In this document: positions 1-9,998 of the stretch, piece after piece
Position numbering within the stretch: the stretch's first letter is position 1
Layout of the letters: every line of letters begins with the position of its first letter
From: an uncultured Aminicenantes bacterium
GTDB lineage: Bacteria > Acidobacteriota > Aminicenantia > UBA2199
Length of the DNA stretch: 64,000 nt
Reading direction: 5' to 3'
Assembly: GCA_965195285.1 (NCBI GenBank)
Contig: CBDAFS010000012.1
Location: 1 to 64,000, forward strand
The notes under the pieces: generated by a model
The model's input: the letters and a program-made list of their open reading frames with translations, nothing else
What the model was told of the DNA's origin: nothing
The model's database searches: none
Made by a program: the position numbers and the translations under genes

Positions 1-137
1 GGGAAACGCTATCCCGGAGCAGAATCATGTTTTACCGTATCGGGTCCTGGTTCGGTTTGACCAACCTGTACTGGAACATGATGTTGAAGAAAAACAACTC
101 CTTCGAAAACCGCTTTGCCCATCCTTTCCGGGATTGA
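1..137 (+). CDS. 3' end of a CDS running in from the left edge; possibly a flavodoxin-like NAD(P)H-dependent oxidoreductase C-terminus
   Basis: Frame from nt 3 reads ETLSRSRIMFYRIGSWFGLTNLYWNMMLKKNNSFENRFAHPFRD* (TGA 135-137). The family guess rests only on the NLYW...KKN...RFAxP tail. Confidence 0.5.
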   Translation, partial: ETLSRSRIMFYRIGSWFGLTNLYWNMMLKKNNSFENRFAHPFRD

Positions 138-202
138 AAAAAAAACGATTCCTCTTATTAAATTTTTGTAAATTGAGTCCCTGGCATTTTCATGAACGTC
201 TA

Positions 203-231
203 TTGAACCAATCCCATTTTTGAGTTAAAAT
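203..231 (+). promoter_or_regulatory. Putative sigma70 promoter for the thioredoxin-like gene
   Basis: TTGAAC-17 bp-TAAAAT; AAAGGAG RBS before ATG 286. Confidence 0.5.
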
Positions 232-285
232 GCACCTTATGGTAAATCCAGAATTTGGAAATAAAATAAACCAAAGGAGATAAAA

Positions 286-789
286 ATGAAAAAAGGAATT
301 TTATGGATAATGTTAATAGGATTAAGCTTGGGGCTATGGGCTGCGGATGACTGGATGGGTTTTGACCAGGGACTCTCACTGAGCCTGAAACAGGGGAAAC
401 CCATGCTGGTTGATTTCTATACCACCTGGTGTCACTGGTGCAAGGTGATGGATGAGAAGACCTTCAATCACCAGGAGGTCAAGGCTTTTCTGCAGGCTCA
501 CTTCGTTGCGGTCCGGATTCTGGCCGAGGACAAAAACACCTATTTAACCTATAAGGGCAAGAAATATAATCATGTTGAGTTTTCAAAGGTATCCGGAGTG
601 AGGGGATATCCGTCCCTGGCGTTTTTTGATAAAAAGGGGGAATTGATTACCATTATTCCCGGTTATGTCCCGGCTGATTCATTTCTGCCTATATTGAAAT
701 ATATCAAACAGGAATGTTACCTGAAGAAAATCAGCTTCAAGGATTTTTTAAAGAAACAGGAAGAATGCGATAAAAAAGAATCCAAATAA
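286..789 (+). CDS. Exported thioredoxin-fold protein (SoxW/DsbD-gamma-like)
   Basis: Signal peptide; DFYTTWCHWC CxxC motif; GYP cis-Pro loop; good RBS. Confidence 0.85.
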   Translation: MKKGILWIMLIGLSLGLWAADDWMGFDQGLSLSLKQGKPMLVDFYTTWCHWCKVMDEKTFNHQEVKAFLQAHFVAVRILAEDKNTYLTYKGKKYNHVEFSKVSGVRGYPSLAFFDKKGELITIIPGYVPADSFLPILKYIKQECYLKKISFKDFLKKQEECDKKESK

Positions 790-801
790 CCGAGACAGTG
801 G

Positions 802-1434
802 TTATTCGGGTTCTCCAGGCGAACAGATTTGTTTTACCTGAACAGCCGTGACAGTTGAGGATTGTTGATTCTGACCGGTATAGAGAGATGAAAAGTTCAG
901 GGTAACCGTGGTTTCACAATCGGTTGAAAAATTCCCGCTACAATTTTCAAAAGCTTCAAGTTGATCCAATCCACTGATGACAGGAGTGCCCGGATCATCC
1001 TTGTCCTGCTCATAGGTATAGCTGACAATCGAAGCTTGATAGGATGTCACCAGGCATTTGCAATTGCTTCCGGTGTTGTTGTATTTCCAGTATATCCAAT
1101 CGATGTAGCGCTGGGTGGCCGTACAGGTGGTCGAATTGATGGTCACGTCAAATGTCATGGGGTCTTCGTAAATTGCTCCCGAGCAGGTTTCACTGCAGCC
1201 ATCGGTTACATTGTACACGAAATAGGTATTGTTCAGTACCTGGCCGTTCATGGTTAACTTGTGGGTCCCCTCTGAGTTGACCCCTCCATAGGTGGCGATA
1301 ATACGAAAGGTGATACTGGTATATTGTCCATAGTCTTTTGAACCGGATAGGTCATCAAAAATATTGCAGCCGGTAAAGGTCATTACGCCGAGAAATGCAA
1401 TAATCACCCATAAATAAAAAAAAGATTTTTTCAT
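802..1434 (-). CDS. Cys-rich lipoprotein, unknown function
   Basis: AAGGAGG RBS; lipobox FTGC; 8 further Cys; T/S/N-rich. Confidence 0.75.
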   Translation of the reverse strand: MKKSFFYLWVIIAFLGVMTFTGCNIFDDLSGSKDYGQYTSITFRIIATYGGVNSEGTHKLTMNGQVLNNTYFVYNVTDGCSETCSGAIYEDPMTFDVTINSTTCTATQRYIDWIYWKYNNTGSNCKCLVTSYQASIVSYTYEQDKDDPGTPVISGLDQLEAFENCSGNFSTDCETTVTLNFSSLYTGQNQQSSTVTAVQVKQICSPGEPE

Positions 1435-1497
1435 GAAACCTCCTTGTTTTGTTTATTTCCTATAACTTAATTGTTTCATTCAATTTTAACCAATCAT

Positions 1498-2634
1498 TCA
1501 GCTCAGATTATGCCAAGGAAAAATATTTGATTTTACCTTTTCCGTTACCCGCCGGATTTCCGAATCGATAAAATCTTTCATCCCGGAAGGCGGAGGTAAA
1601 ATCCGGTCTCTTAATCCTCCGGCCCAATCGGTATTTTCCAGCATCATACCTCCCAGGCCGAGATTCAGGTCCTGGAATTCCATCCCGCTTAGAATACTCC
1701 AGGCCAGGGCCCAGGCCCTTGCCGTATTTTCCAGGTGGTAACCGCCGCCGCCGGTTGCCAGTATGGGTTTGCCCATATCCAGTATTGATTGAAGGATATC
1801 GGCATAGACATTATTGGTAAGATTCAACTGGGCCAACGGGTCATTAGACAGTCCATCCATGCCCAGTTCCAGAATATAAATATCCGACCGGAATTCAGAT
1901 ATCAAAGGCTGAACAATTTCATTGAAAACCTGTTCGTAGGCATCATCGTAAGTACCATCGGGAAGGGGCAGGTTGATATTATAACCGGTTCCGGGTCCAG
2001 TGCCGATCTCATCTTCAAACCCGGTTCCGGGAAAAAGCGTTTTTCCGCACTGATGAAGTGAAATGGTCATGATATCATTTCTTTGGTAAAAAGCATTCTG
2101 AATACCGTCACCGTGATGGACATCCAGATCCAGGATCAATACCCGCCTGGATTCCTCTGCCAGACGCTGGGCGGCCAGTACCACATCATTCAGGTAGCAG
2201 AAACCGGATGCTTTTTCAGGACCCGCATGGTGAAAACCGCCCCATGGATTGAAAGCCACCTTGGTCTCTTGGGAGAGAATCATTCGGGCCCCGGTTAAAG
2301 AGGCTCCGCAGGCCAGTGAGGCATATTCATACATGCCTTTGAAAACCGGGCAATCCGGAGTTCCGATTCCCATGGCAAAGGCAGCCGCGGACAGGTCACC
2401 CGACTCTGCCGCTTGAATGGCATTTAAATATTTCGGTGTATGGAAACTTTCCAGTTCGGTTCTGGATGCAGCGATCGGAGGAACTTCCCTGCTGGATTTT
2501 CCATCCAGGAGGCCCATGGACACTATGGTTTTGTAGGTCAGCCCGGCCCGGTGGGAATTGAAGGGACAATCCGGTGGATAGCCGATTTCATCCAATCGCG
2601 GAGAATAAAGAAATACAGCATCTGATGTTTTCAT
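1498..2634 (-). CDS. acuC: AcuC-type Zn-dependent protein lysine deacetylase (HDAC family)
   Basis: GGFHHA, GFCYLND, DLDVHHGDG, FPGTG, GGGGY motifs; downstream of acs. Confidence 0.85.
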   Translation of the reverse strand: MKTSDAVFLYSPRLDEIGYPPDCPFNSHRAGLTYKTIVSMGLLDGKSSREVPPIAASRTELESFHTPKYLNAIQAAESGDLSAAAFAMGIGTPDCPVFKGMYEYASLACGASLTGARMILSQETKVAFNPWGGFHHAGPEKASGFCYLNDVVLAAQRLAEESRRVLILDLDVHHGDGIQNAFYQRNDIMTISLHQCGKTLFPGTGFEDEIGTGPGTGYNINLPLPDGTYDDAYEQVFNEIVQPLISEFRSDIYILELGMDGLSNDPLAQLNLTNNVYADILQSILDMGKPILATGGGGYHLENTARAWALAWSILSGMEFQDLNLGLGGMMLENTDWAGGLRDRILPPPSGMKDFIDSEIRRVTEKVKSNIFPWHNLS

Positions 2635-2638
2635 CGGG

Positions 2639-2678
2639 AAAAAACGAGACAGCCCGAATTACCGCGGGCTGTCTCGTT
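2639..2678 (-). terminator. Rho-independent terminator after the acs-MFS genes
   Basis: 14-bp perfect stem AACGAGACAGCCCG/CGGGCTGTCTCGTT, 8-nt loop, T-run on the minus strand. Confidence 0.8.
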
Positions 2679-2691
2679 ATGTTTAATATAT

Positions 2692-3954
2692 TTAATTGCC
2701 GGCTAATTTGTTCGGGGTTTTAACCATGGAGATAATTCCGGCAGCGAGCAGGCACAAAATTCCGCAGATGGTAAAGGCCAGGGGGAAATTGTTCATATCA
2801 CCCAGTTTACCGCCAAGTATCGGACCGAAAATTCCTCCGATTCCGTAAGCCAGGAATACCCAGCCGTAATTCTGGCCCACATACCGGGTACCGAAGGTAT
2901 CGGCAGTAATGGTGGGAAACAGGGCAAAATTACCGCCAAAATTAAAACCGATCAGGGTGGCGCCCAGGTATAAGAGAACCGGGGTTCCAGCCATTTTTTG
3001 GAAGGCAATGACAATGATACCCTGGGAGGCCATCATCAGAATGATGGAGAGCTTTCTGCCCAGTTTGTCACTGATTGCGCCCCAGACAATCCGACCGATA
3101 CCGTTGGCCAGGGCGAAGAATATGGCCATGGCTGTGCCGGCTATTGCGCTGGCGGAAACTTCCGAAATGCCATTGGCCATTAAAGCGGTCATGGGGAAGA
3201 GTTTCATCAGACCGATACTCATCAGTCCGGCACTGGCACCGAATACAAAAGTAAGCAGAATCATATAATACTGAGGGGTTCTCAGCATCTCGCTGCTCTT
3301 GAAACCTTCAGCCACTGCTTTGGTAGCGCTGTCCTTGGCTTCGGGCGGATTCCAACCCCGGGGTTTCCAGCCATCGGGGGGAAATACCATCCAGATGCCG
3401 CCGATGATCACGCAGATGAGAAATACAATTCCATAAATAACAAAGGTGGCGCTTAATCCCCGGGAGGCGATCAGGTTACCCCAGTTGCCGGCCAGTTTGA
3501 CCCACAGGGTGGCACCGAATCCAAAGCCGGCAACCGCCAGTCCGGTTATCAGTCCTTTCTTATCCGGAAACCAGCGCATGCCAACGGCAATGGGCACCAC
3601 ATAGGCCAGTCCGATTCCGGCACCGCCAACGATACCGATAAAGAGAAATATGAGGGTGAAATCGGTCTGTCCCAGTAATCCGCCCAGGATATAACCCAGG
3701 CCCAGTACCACTCCGCCCAGCATGGCCAACATTCGGGGGCCCAGTTTGGGCATGATGCGGCCGGCAATCACCATGACAATGGCAAATGTAGCCAGACCCG
3801 CTGCGAAAACCGATTGGGTCTGGGTCTTGGTCCACCCGGCACCTTTCAAATAGGGGGTGAAGACACTCCAGGCATAGATGGCTCCCAGACACAATTGAAT
3901 GAGAATTGCACCCACACATACCAACCATCGATTCATTATTTTCTTTTCAGCCAT
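2692..3954 (-). CDS. OFA-family (oxalate:formate antiporter/monocarboxylate) MFS transporter
   Basis: 12 hydrophobic segments; GAIYAWSVF, WFPDKKGL, NGIGRIVWGAISDKLGR, FGTRYVGQNYG motifs. Confidence 0.9.
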   Translation of the reverse strand: MAEKKIMNRWLVCVGAILIQLCLGAIYAWSVFTPYLKGAGWTKTQTQSVFAAGLATFAIVMVIAGRIMPKLGPRMLAMLGGVVLGLGYILGGLLGQTDFTLIFLFIGIVGGAGIGLAYVVPIAVGMRWFPDKKGLITGLAVAGFGFGATLWVKLAGNWGNLIASRGLSATFVIYGIVFLICVIIGGIWMVFPPDGWKPRGWNPPEAKDSATKAVAEGFKSSEMLRTPQYYMILLTFVFGASAGLMSIGLMKLFPMTALMANGISEVSASAIAGTAMAIFFALANGIGRIVWGAISDKLGRKLSIILMMASQGIIVIAFQKMAGTPVLLYLGATLIGFNFGGNFALFPTITADTFGTRYVGQNYGWVFLAYGIGGIFGPILGGKLGDMNNFPLAFTICGILCLLAAGIISMVKTPNKLAGN

Positions 3955-3980
3955 TTGATCAACCTCCAGGTTTTCCGGAT

Positions 3981-5972
3981 TTATAGATTCTTCGAATCTT
4001 CCACCAGCTTATCCACAACTGCTGGATCTGCCAGGGTTGAAGTGTCACCGATCTGATCGGTGGCGTTTTCGGCAATCTTGCGGAGAATTCTCCTCATGAT
4101 TTTACCGGAACGGGTTTTGGGAAGGGAGGGGGCGAACTGGACTTTGTCTGGAGCGGCAATGGGGCCAATTTCATGACGAACATGTTTAATCAGTTCTTTG
4201 CGAAGTTCATCGCTCTCCACGACATTGTCGACCAGGGTCACAAAGGCGTACAGTCCCTGTCCCTTGATATCGTGAGGCATGGGGGCAACTGCGGCTTCGG
4301 CCACTGAGGCATGACTGACCAGGGCACTCTCAACCTCGGCGGTACCGATTCGGTGTCCGGATACGTTAACCACATCGTCTACTCGGCCCATCAGCCAGTA
4401 GTCTCCGTCACTGTCCTGCCGGCAGCCGTCACCGGTGAAATAGAGGTCGTTGAACATGGTGAAGTAGGTATCGATAAACCGTTCGTGATCTCCCCACATG
4501 GTACGCATCATTCCCGGCCAGGGTTTCTTGATACATAATTTTCCACCCTCGTTGGGATTGCATTCGCTCATGTCATCCCTCAGCACCACGGGCTCCACGC
4601 CAAAATAGGGACGCAGGGCAGAACCGGGTTTAAGGACATGGGCTCCGGGCAGCGGTGTAATCAAAACACCGCCGGTTTCGGTCTGCCACCAGGTATCCAC
4701 AATGGGGCAATTTTCCTTGCCGATGACTTTATGGTACCACATCCAGGCTTCGGGATTAATCGGTTCACCGACCGTCCCCAATACCCTGAGACTGGACAAA
4801 TCGTATTTGTTGGGCCATTCATCGCCCTGACGGATCAGTGCCCGGATAGCGGTGGGGGCGGTATAAAAGACGGTAATCTTGTATTTTTCAACAATCTGCC
4901 AGAATCGGCCCGAGTCCGGATAGGTGGGCACGCCTTCAAACATTACACTGGTGGCCCCATTGGCCAGCGGTCCGTAAACGATGTAGCTGTGACCGGTAAC
5001 CCAGCCGATATCAGCCGTACACCAGTAAATATCATCTTCGTGGATATCAAAGATGTGTTTGTGGGTCAATGCGGTGTGAAGCAGGTATCCGCCGATGGTA
5101 TGGACAACCCCTTTGGGTTTTCCGGTGGAACCGGATGTGTAGAGAATAAACAGGATATCTTCGGCATTCATTCTTTCGGGCGCGCATTCCTCACTGGCGC
5201 TGGCCATTTCTTCGTGGTACCAGAGGTCGCGGCCTTCCTGCATGTTGCAGGGTTCATCGTTTCGCTTGAAAACCACCACCTTCTCGATTGAAGGAGAGTT
5301 TTTCAGGGCTTCATCGGATATACCCTTCAGGGGGATGTGTTTCCCGGCCCGGAGGGACACATTCGAGGTGATCAAAACCTTACATGCCGAGTCATTAATC
5401 CGATCGGCCAGGGAGTCGGCACTGAATCCACCGAAAACAATGGAATGGATGGCACCGATTCTGGCACAGCCCAGCATGACCACGGCCAGTTCGGGAATCA
5501 TGGGCATGTAGATACAAACCCGGTCTCCCTTTTTAACTCCCAAGGATTTCAGCACGTTGGCAAACTTGCAGACTTCTTTGTGTAATTTCTCATAGGTCAG
5601 GGTCAGGGTATCATCTTCCGGTTCTCCCTGCCATACCAGCGCGGGCTTGGTCCGAAGTTCGGTCTTGAGATGGCGATCAAGGCAGTTATAGGTGATATTC
5701 AGTTCACCATCTTCAAACCAGGTGTGTTTGATGTTCCGACCTTTGGTATCCCATGTATACTTTCGGGCTACAGTGGGTTTTTTCATCCAGTCAAGTGTTT
5801 CTGCCTGTTCCAGCCAAAATCCATCCGGATCGTTAACGGATCGTTCGTACATCTCCTTGTACTTATCGGCATTGATGTGGGCGCGTTTGATGACCTCGGC
5901 TGAAGGTGGAAAATTCCTTTCTTCGGTCATCAGCGAATCTGTAGATATCGCATTTTTCTTTTCATCTGTCAT
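3981..5972 (-). CDS. acs: AMP-forming acetyl-CoA synthetase
   Basis: [37 protein letters not shown] (acetylatable Lys); AAGGAG RBS. Confidence 0.95.
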   Translation of the reverse strand: MTDEKKNAISTDSLMTEERNFPPSAEVIKRAHINADKYKEMYERSVNDPDGFWLEQAETLDWMKKPTVARKYTWDTKGRNIKHTWFEDGELNITYNCLDRHLKTELRTKPALVWQGEPEDDTLTLTYEKLHKEVCKFANVLKSLGVKKGDRVCIYMPMIPELAVVMLGCARIGAIHSIVFGGFSADSLADRINDSACKVLITSNVSLRAGKHIPLKGISDEALKNSPSIEKVVVFKRNDEPCNMQEGRDLWYHEEMASASEECAPERMNAEDILFILYTSGSTGKPKGVVHTIGGYLLHTALTHKHIFDIHEDDIYWCTADIGWVTGHSYIVYGPLANGATSVMFEGVPTYPDSGRFWQIVEKYKITVFYTAPTAIRALIRQGDEWPNKYDLSSLRVLGTVGEPINPEAWMWYHKVIGKENCPIVDTWWQTETGGVLITPLPGAHVLKPGSALRPYFGVEPVVLRDDMSECNPNEGGKLCIKKPWPGMMRTMWGDHERFIDTYFTMFNDLYFTGDGCRQDSDGDYWLMGRVDDVVNVSGHRIGTAEVESALVSHASVAEAAVAPMPHDIKGQGLYAFVTLVDNVVESDELRKELIKHVRHEIGPIAAPDKVQFAPSLPKTRSGKIMRRILRKIAENATDQIGDTSTLADPAVVDKLVEDSKNL

Positions 5973-6118
5973 CTTAAATCACTCCTTTTTTCAAATTTTT
6001 AGTTTTTAGAAAAACTTATTATTTTAAATTTATTTGACTTAAAGATATGCGCTTATAATTGGAAAATAGGTAAGAATAAGAATAGATTGCGAATTGTCTT
6101 TTTTTTGTTTCAAAAAAA

Positions 6119-6147
6119 ATTTTATCAGAAAATCTTGGGCAGGTCAA
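6119..6147 (-). promoter_or_regulatory. Putative sigma70 promoter for the acs operon
   Basis: Minus strand TTGACC-17 bp-TAAAAT with extended -10 TGn. Confidence 0.55.
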
Positions 6148-6203
6148 GTTATTTTGTTGAAAAAAACTCGAGAATTTGTTATAAAAACACAGGACATATC
6201 CTT

Positions 6204-8456
6204 ATGCTCGGTAAAAAAATATCACATTATCGAATCATTGAAAAAATCGGTGAAGGTGGAATGGGGGTGATCTATCTGGCCGAAGATATCCGGCTTCAGC
6301 GGGAAGTGGCCCTGAAATTCCTGCCACCGGATTTAACCCGTGATCCGGCTGCCCGGGAAAGACTGATCCGGGAAGCCCAGGTCGCTTCGGCTCTGGATCA
6401 CCCGGCCATCTGCACGGTTTTTGAGATTGATCAAACTCCGGATGAACAGATGTATATTGCCATGGCCTACTACCCGGGTCAAACCCTCAAGCAAAAGATT
6501 GAGAGAGGCGGTATAACCTATGAACAGGCGCTGGACCTGACCATCGAAATTGCCAAGGGATTGGAAAAGGCCCATGAAAAGGGGGTTATTCACCGGGATA
6601 TCAAGCCGGCCAATATCATCATCACCCGGGACCATTTCATAAAAATCGTGGATTTTGGGCTGGCCGTGTTAAGCAGTCAGACTCATATTACTACCGAGGG
6701 TATTATGGCGGTGGGTACCGTCAATTACATGTCTCCCGAGCAGGCCCGTAATGACCGGGTTGACCAGAGGACCGATATCTGGTCACTGGGCCTGGTCATG
6801 TATGAGATGATCACCGGTCAATCCGCTTTTCGGGGATCGAATCCCCAGAGTGTTATTTATTCGATTTTAAACGACGAACCTGAACAGGTTCAGACTTTTG
6901 AGCAGGATATTCCGGAAAAATTCACAGTCATTATTGACCGGTGTCTGAAAAAGGATATTGAAGAACGATATGCATCCATGTCCGAGCTGCTTGAAGACTT
7001 GAGTGAATTGCAGGAACGGACCCGGAGCGGTTTCCATCAGGACCTGAGAGTGGAAGCTGAAAAGAAAAGGTCTATTGCGGTTCTTCCCTTTGAGAATCTC
7101 AGTGATGATCGCAACCAGGAATATTTCTGCGATGGCATTACTGATGAGATTATTCATACCCTCGGTCATGTGAATGGCCTGCGGGTGATGGCACGGGCCT
7201 CTGTTTTCACCTTTAAAAATCAGGTGATTGATATTAAAAAAATCGGCCGCCAACTGGGAGTCGTTCATATACTGCAGGGAAGTGTACGGAGTTCCGGAGA
7301 CCGCCTCCGGATATTTGTAGAATTGCTGGCTGTCAAAGACGGCTATACCATCTGGTCTGAAAGGTACGATAAAAAAAGTGAAGATGTATTTGCCATTCAG
7401 GATGATATCAGCCGGTCCATTGTGGAAAACCTGAAGGGGACATTGCTGGCCGAAGAAAAAGATGTTTTGGAAAAGCATCCAACTAAAAGCATCGAGGCCT
7501 ATCACCTGTATCTCCAGGGATATTATTTTTTAAACAAACGAACCTCAGCCGGATTGAAGAAGGGCATGGGATATTTCAACCAGGCGGTTTCCAAAGATCC
7601 CTATTATGCACCGGCCCGGGTCGGTCTGGCCGACGCTTATATTCTATTTGCCGGTTATGAATTGATGCCTCCGGTACAGGCCTACCCCCTGGCCAGGACA
7701 GCGGTTACCCGGGCGCTGGAACAGGATAATTCAATGGCCTGGGGACATTCCATGTTGGCCATTCTTTACTGGGAAGATTCCAGGGATCAGGTATCTGCCG
7801 AACAGGAATTCTGTCAGGCCATTGACCTGGCACCGGGAATGGCGATTTTGCATCATGCATATGCCGAATTTTTATCGATACTGGGGCGTTATGAGCAGGC
7901 ATTCACCGAAGTCAATCTGGCCCTGCAGCTGGATCCGCTTTCGTTGATTTCTCACGTGCTAAAGGGATTTAACTTTTACCTGATGCGGCGGTATGATCAG
8001 GCCATAAAGCATTACCATTCGGTGATTGAAATGGATCCCAATTTTATAACCGCCTGCTGTGAACTGGGAATGACCCTGATTCAATACGGTCAATATAAGG
8101 ATGGGATCAGGGCTCTGGAAAGGGCGGTTGAACTGTCCCAAAACAGCCCCATGTTTCTGTCCCGGCTGGCTTACGGACTGGGTATTTCCGGGAACCGGGG
8201 AAAGGCCCTGAAAATGCTGGATCAATTGACCCGGATATCAGAAGACACCTTTGTCTCACCGTTTTCCATGGCCATCATCCACCTGGGGCTGGGTGATAAT
8301 GAAAAGGCCATCCCGTATCTGGAAAAGGCATTTGCTGAAAAAATGTATCACATGCTGCTGTTGAAGACCGACCCCCTGTTTGAACCGGTCCGATCCGATC
8401 CCCGGATCCGGAAGTTATTATTGAAACTGGGTTTTTCCGAAAATCATTCCGATTGA
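6204..8456 (+). CDS. Hanks-type Ser/Thr protein kinase with TolB_N-like and TPR domains
   Basis: GEGGMGVIY, VALK, HRDIKPAN, DFG, YMSPEQ; SIAVLPFENLS domain; TPRs. Start moved to ATG 6204 (MLGKKISHY). Confidence 0.9.
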   Translation: MLGKKISHYRIIEKIGEGGMGVIYLAEDIRLQREVALKFLPPDLTRDPAARERLIREAQVASALDHPAICTVFEIDQTPDEQMYIAMAYYPGQTLKQKIERGGITYEQALDLTIEIAKGLEKAHEKGVIHRDIKPANIIITRDHFIKIVDFGLAVLSSQTHITTEGIMAVGTVNYMSPEQARNDRVDQRTDIWSLGLVMYEMITGQSAFRGSNPQSVIYSILNDEPEQVQTFEQDIPEKFTVIIDRCLKKDIEERYASMSELLEDLSELQERTRSGFHQDLRVEAEKKRSIAVLPFENLSDDRNQEYFCDGITDEIIHTLGHVNGLRVMARASVFTFKNQVIDIKKIGRQLGVVHILQGSVRSSGDRLRIFVELLAVKDGYTIWSERYDKKSEDVFAIQDDISRSIVENLKGTLLAEEKDVLEKHPTKSIEAYHLYLQGYYFLNKRTSAGLKKGMGYFNQAVSKDPYYAPARVGLADAYILFAGYELMPPVQAYPLARTAVTRALEQDNSMAWGHSMLAILYWEDSRDQVSAEQEFCQAIDLAPGMAILHHAYAEFLSILGRYEQAFTEVNLALQLDPLSLISHVLKGFNFYLMRRYDQAIKHYHSVIEMDPNFITACCELGMTLIQYGQYKDGIRALERAVELSQNSPMFLSRLAYGLGISGNRGKALKMLDQLTRISEDTFVSPFSMAIIHLGLGDNEKAIPYLEKAFAEKMYHMLLLKTDPLFEPVRSDPRIRKLLLKLGFSENHSD

Positions 8457-8635
8457 AATCCAATCGATCAAAGTTTCGGATTTATTCGATATAGGGCTTG
8501 ATGTCCGGGCAATGTATCAGTATCCGGATCAAAAATTAAATTGATTTTTCCGGGGTGTCATTTTTTAAGGTGATAGCTATGAGAAGGGTTGACCAGAGTT
8601 CCATTGAAAATATTGGAAATAGGTTCCATTTTTTA

Positions 8636-8664
8636 TTGAAAAAAAAGTTTTTTTACTATATGAT
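8636..8664 (+). promoter_or_regulatory. Putative sigma70 promoter for the 98-aa ORF
   Basis: TTGAAA-17 bp-TATGAT. Confidence 0.5.
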
Positions 8665-8696
8665 TTAATTTTCAGTCATGAGGTCTAACCAACTAA

Positions 8697-8993
8697 ATGG
8701 CAAGTGCATCTGAACTGAAGTTATCTCCGGGGACCTATTCCCTAACGGTTGAAAACGATCGGATTAATTTTCAGGTAGGGGAAAAAAAATATTCCATCTA
8801 TAAAGATTATCTGATGAACCATGACGATGCTCCCATCAATTGTTTTAAAGAGTGTTCCAAAGCAGGAAAGGTTTATCCCTTGAAACAATATCCTTCCAAC
8901 CGCTTTACCCTGGGGGTTCACGCTGAAATTGAAATTGTCGTTCATTTCAATCATGTTCAAATCCTGCGGAATCATTTTATCTGCCATTGTTAA
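8697..8993 (+). CDS. Small hypothetical protein, His/Cys-rich
   Basis: ATG start, GAGG upstream, own promoter, host-like codon usage; CFKEC and C-terminal HFICHC. Confidence 0.6.
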   Translation: MASASELKLSPGTYSLTVENDRINFQVGEKKYSIYKDYLMNHDDAPINCFKECSKAGKVYPLKQYPSNRFTLGVHAEIEIVVHFNHVQILRNHFICHC

Positions 8994-9060
8994 AAAATAT
9001 TGAAAGTTTGACAAAAAAAATTTAAAATGTAATATTAAATTATATAAAAGGAGGAAATGT

Positions 9061-9828
9061 ATGAAAAAGTCAGTATTTCTAATCGTATTATTCGGTTTAA
9101 TGTTTGTCATGGTTTCATGTCAGAAAGCTCCGGAAGTGACGGTAACAAAATATTTCCAGGCAATGAAGCATAATGACAAAGGTACAATGTCCTCGATGGC
9201 AGTTGAACCCAAGTTTGTGGAGTTCAAATCTTATAAGATTTTACCGGTCAGTGAACCGATAATAGATGAATACAAGCTGCCTGCTATGTTGCAGAAGATG
9301 GAAGATGCCAAAAAGAAAAGAAAGGAACTGGCCATGTATGCAACCGACAAACGGGATGAAGTCGAAGATTTGAAAGACGAACTCAGTGAGACCAGAAGGG
9401 CGAGTCGAAAAAAAGAATTAAAGAAACAAATAGAAGATGCTGAAGTTGTTTTTTACAAAGCAGAACAGGATTTCAAAAATCTGGTAAAGGATATGGGTGA
9501 GCTGAAAAAGAAGATTAATTTCGAAAAGAATTTGGTCAGTGTCTCAACCGGAATTAAGAATAACCCTGAAACCTATTCCGGAAAGGTGGAAAAATCAATA
9601 GTAAGAGTCAATGTGGTTCTTGCTGATGAAAGCGAAAAAGAGTATGTTTTTGTTCTGATCAAGTATGCTTTTGTGGTCAATGAAAAGGAATTGTCCAGCA
9701 GGCTGGTTATTTTAACCATCCAGACCACTGAAGAATTTGAAAAAACTTCCCAGATAGCTGCCGAAGAAGTTCCCACACCGACCGAAGAGGTTTCAGAGGA
9801 GGTCCCGGCCGAAGATAAGAATGAGTAA
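9061..9828 (+). CDS. Lipoprotein with long coiled-coil insert and acidic tail
   Basis: AAAGGAGG RBS; lipobox MVSC; K/E-rich heptad region; EEVPTPTEEVSEE tail. Confidence 0.85.
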   Translation: MKKSVFLIVLFGLMFVMVSCQKAPEVTVTKYFQAMKHNDKGTMSSMAVEPKFVEFKSYKILPVSEPIIDEYKLPAMLQKMEDAKKKRKELAMYATDKRDEVEDLKDELSETRRASRKKELKKQIEDAEVVFYKAEQDFKNLVKDMGELKKKINFEKNLVSVSTGIKNNPETYSGKVEKSIVRVNVVLADESEKEYVFVLIKYAFVVNEKELSSRLVILTIQTTEEFEKTSQIAAEEVPTPTEEVSEEVPAEDKNE

Positions 9829-9979
9829 CCGGGAGAGCCCCGGGTATTCAACCGTTGAATGGCTGATCCGGGACCAGCACAGTTATAAACTGCCTGAAAT
9901 CATTGCCGTGCCCCTGAGTGAAATTGAAGATTCCTATTCCCAGTGGGTATTCCAAGACTCAGTTCATTTGGAAAGTTAA
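9821..9979 (+). pseudogene. cutA: Truncated cutA (C-terminal half only, 52 aa)
   Basis: ORF below the track cut-off: MSNRESPGYSTVEWLIRDQHSYKLPEIIAVPLSEIEDSYSQWVFQDSVHLES*. HSYxxPEIIA.P.....Y..W is the CutA C-terminal signature; the N-terminal LAAC/YxWxG half is absent. ATG overlaps the upstream stop. Confidence 0.7.
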
Positions 9980-9998
9980 TTTCTGGAGGTCACCAGTG

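Noticed and set aside
6087-6203. N-terminal extensions given by the ORF track (also 9918, 18945, 23025, 36973, 42739, 54874)
   Set aside because: They run through promoter or AT-rich DNA or the upstream gene; downstream ATGs fit SD or promoter geometry and signal peptides better.
8742-9110. 122-aa minus-strand ORF
   Set aside because: Overlaps two better-supported plus-strand genes and their promoter; composition reflects AT-rich intergenic DNA.
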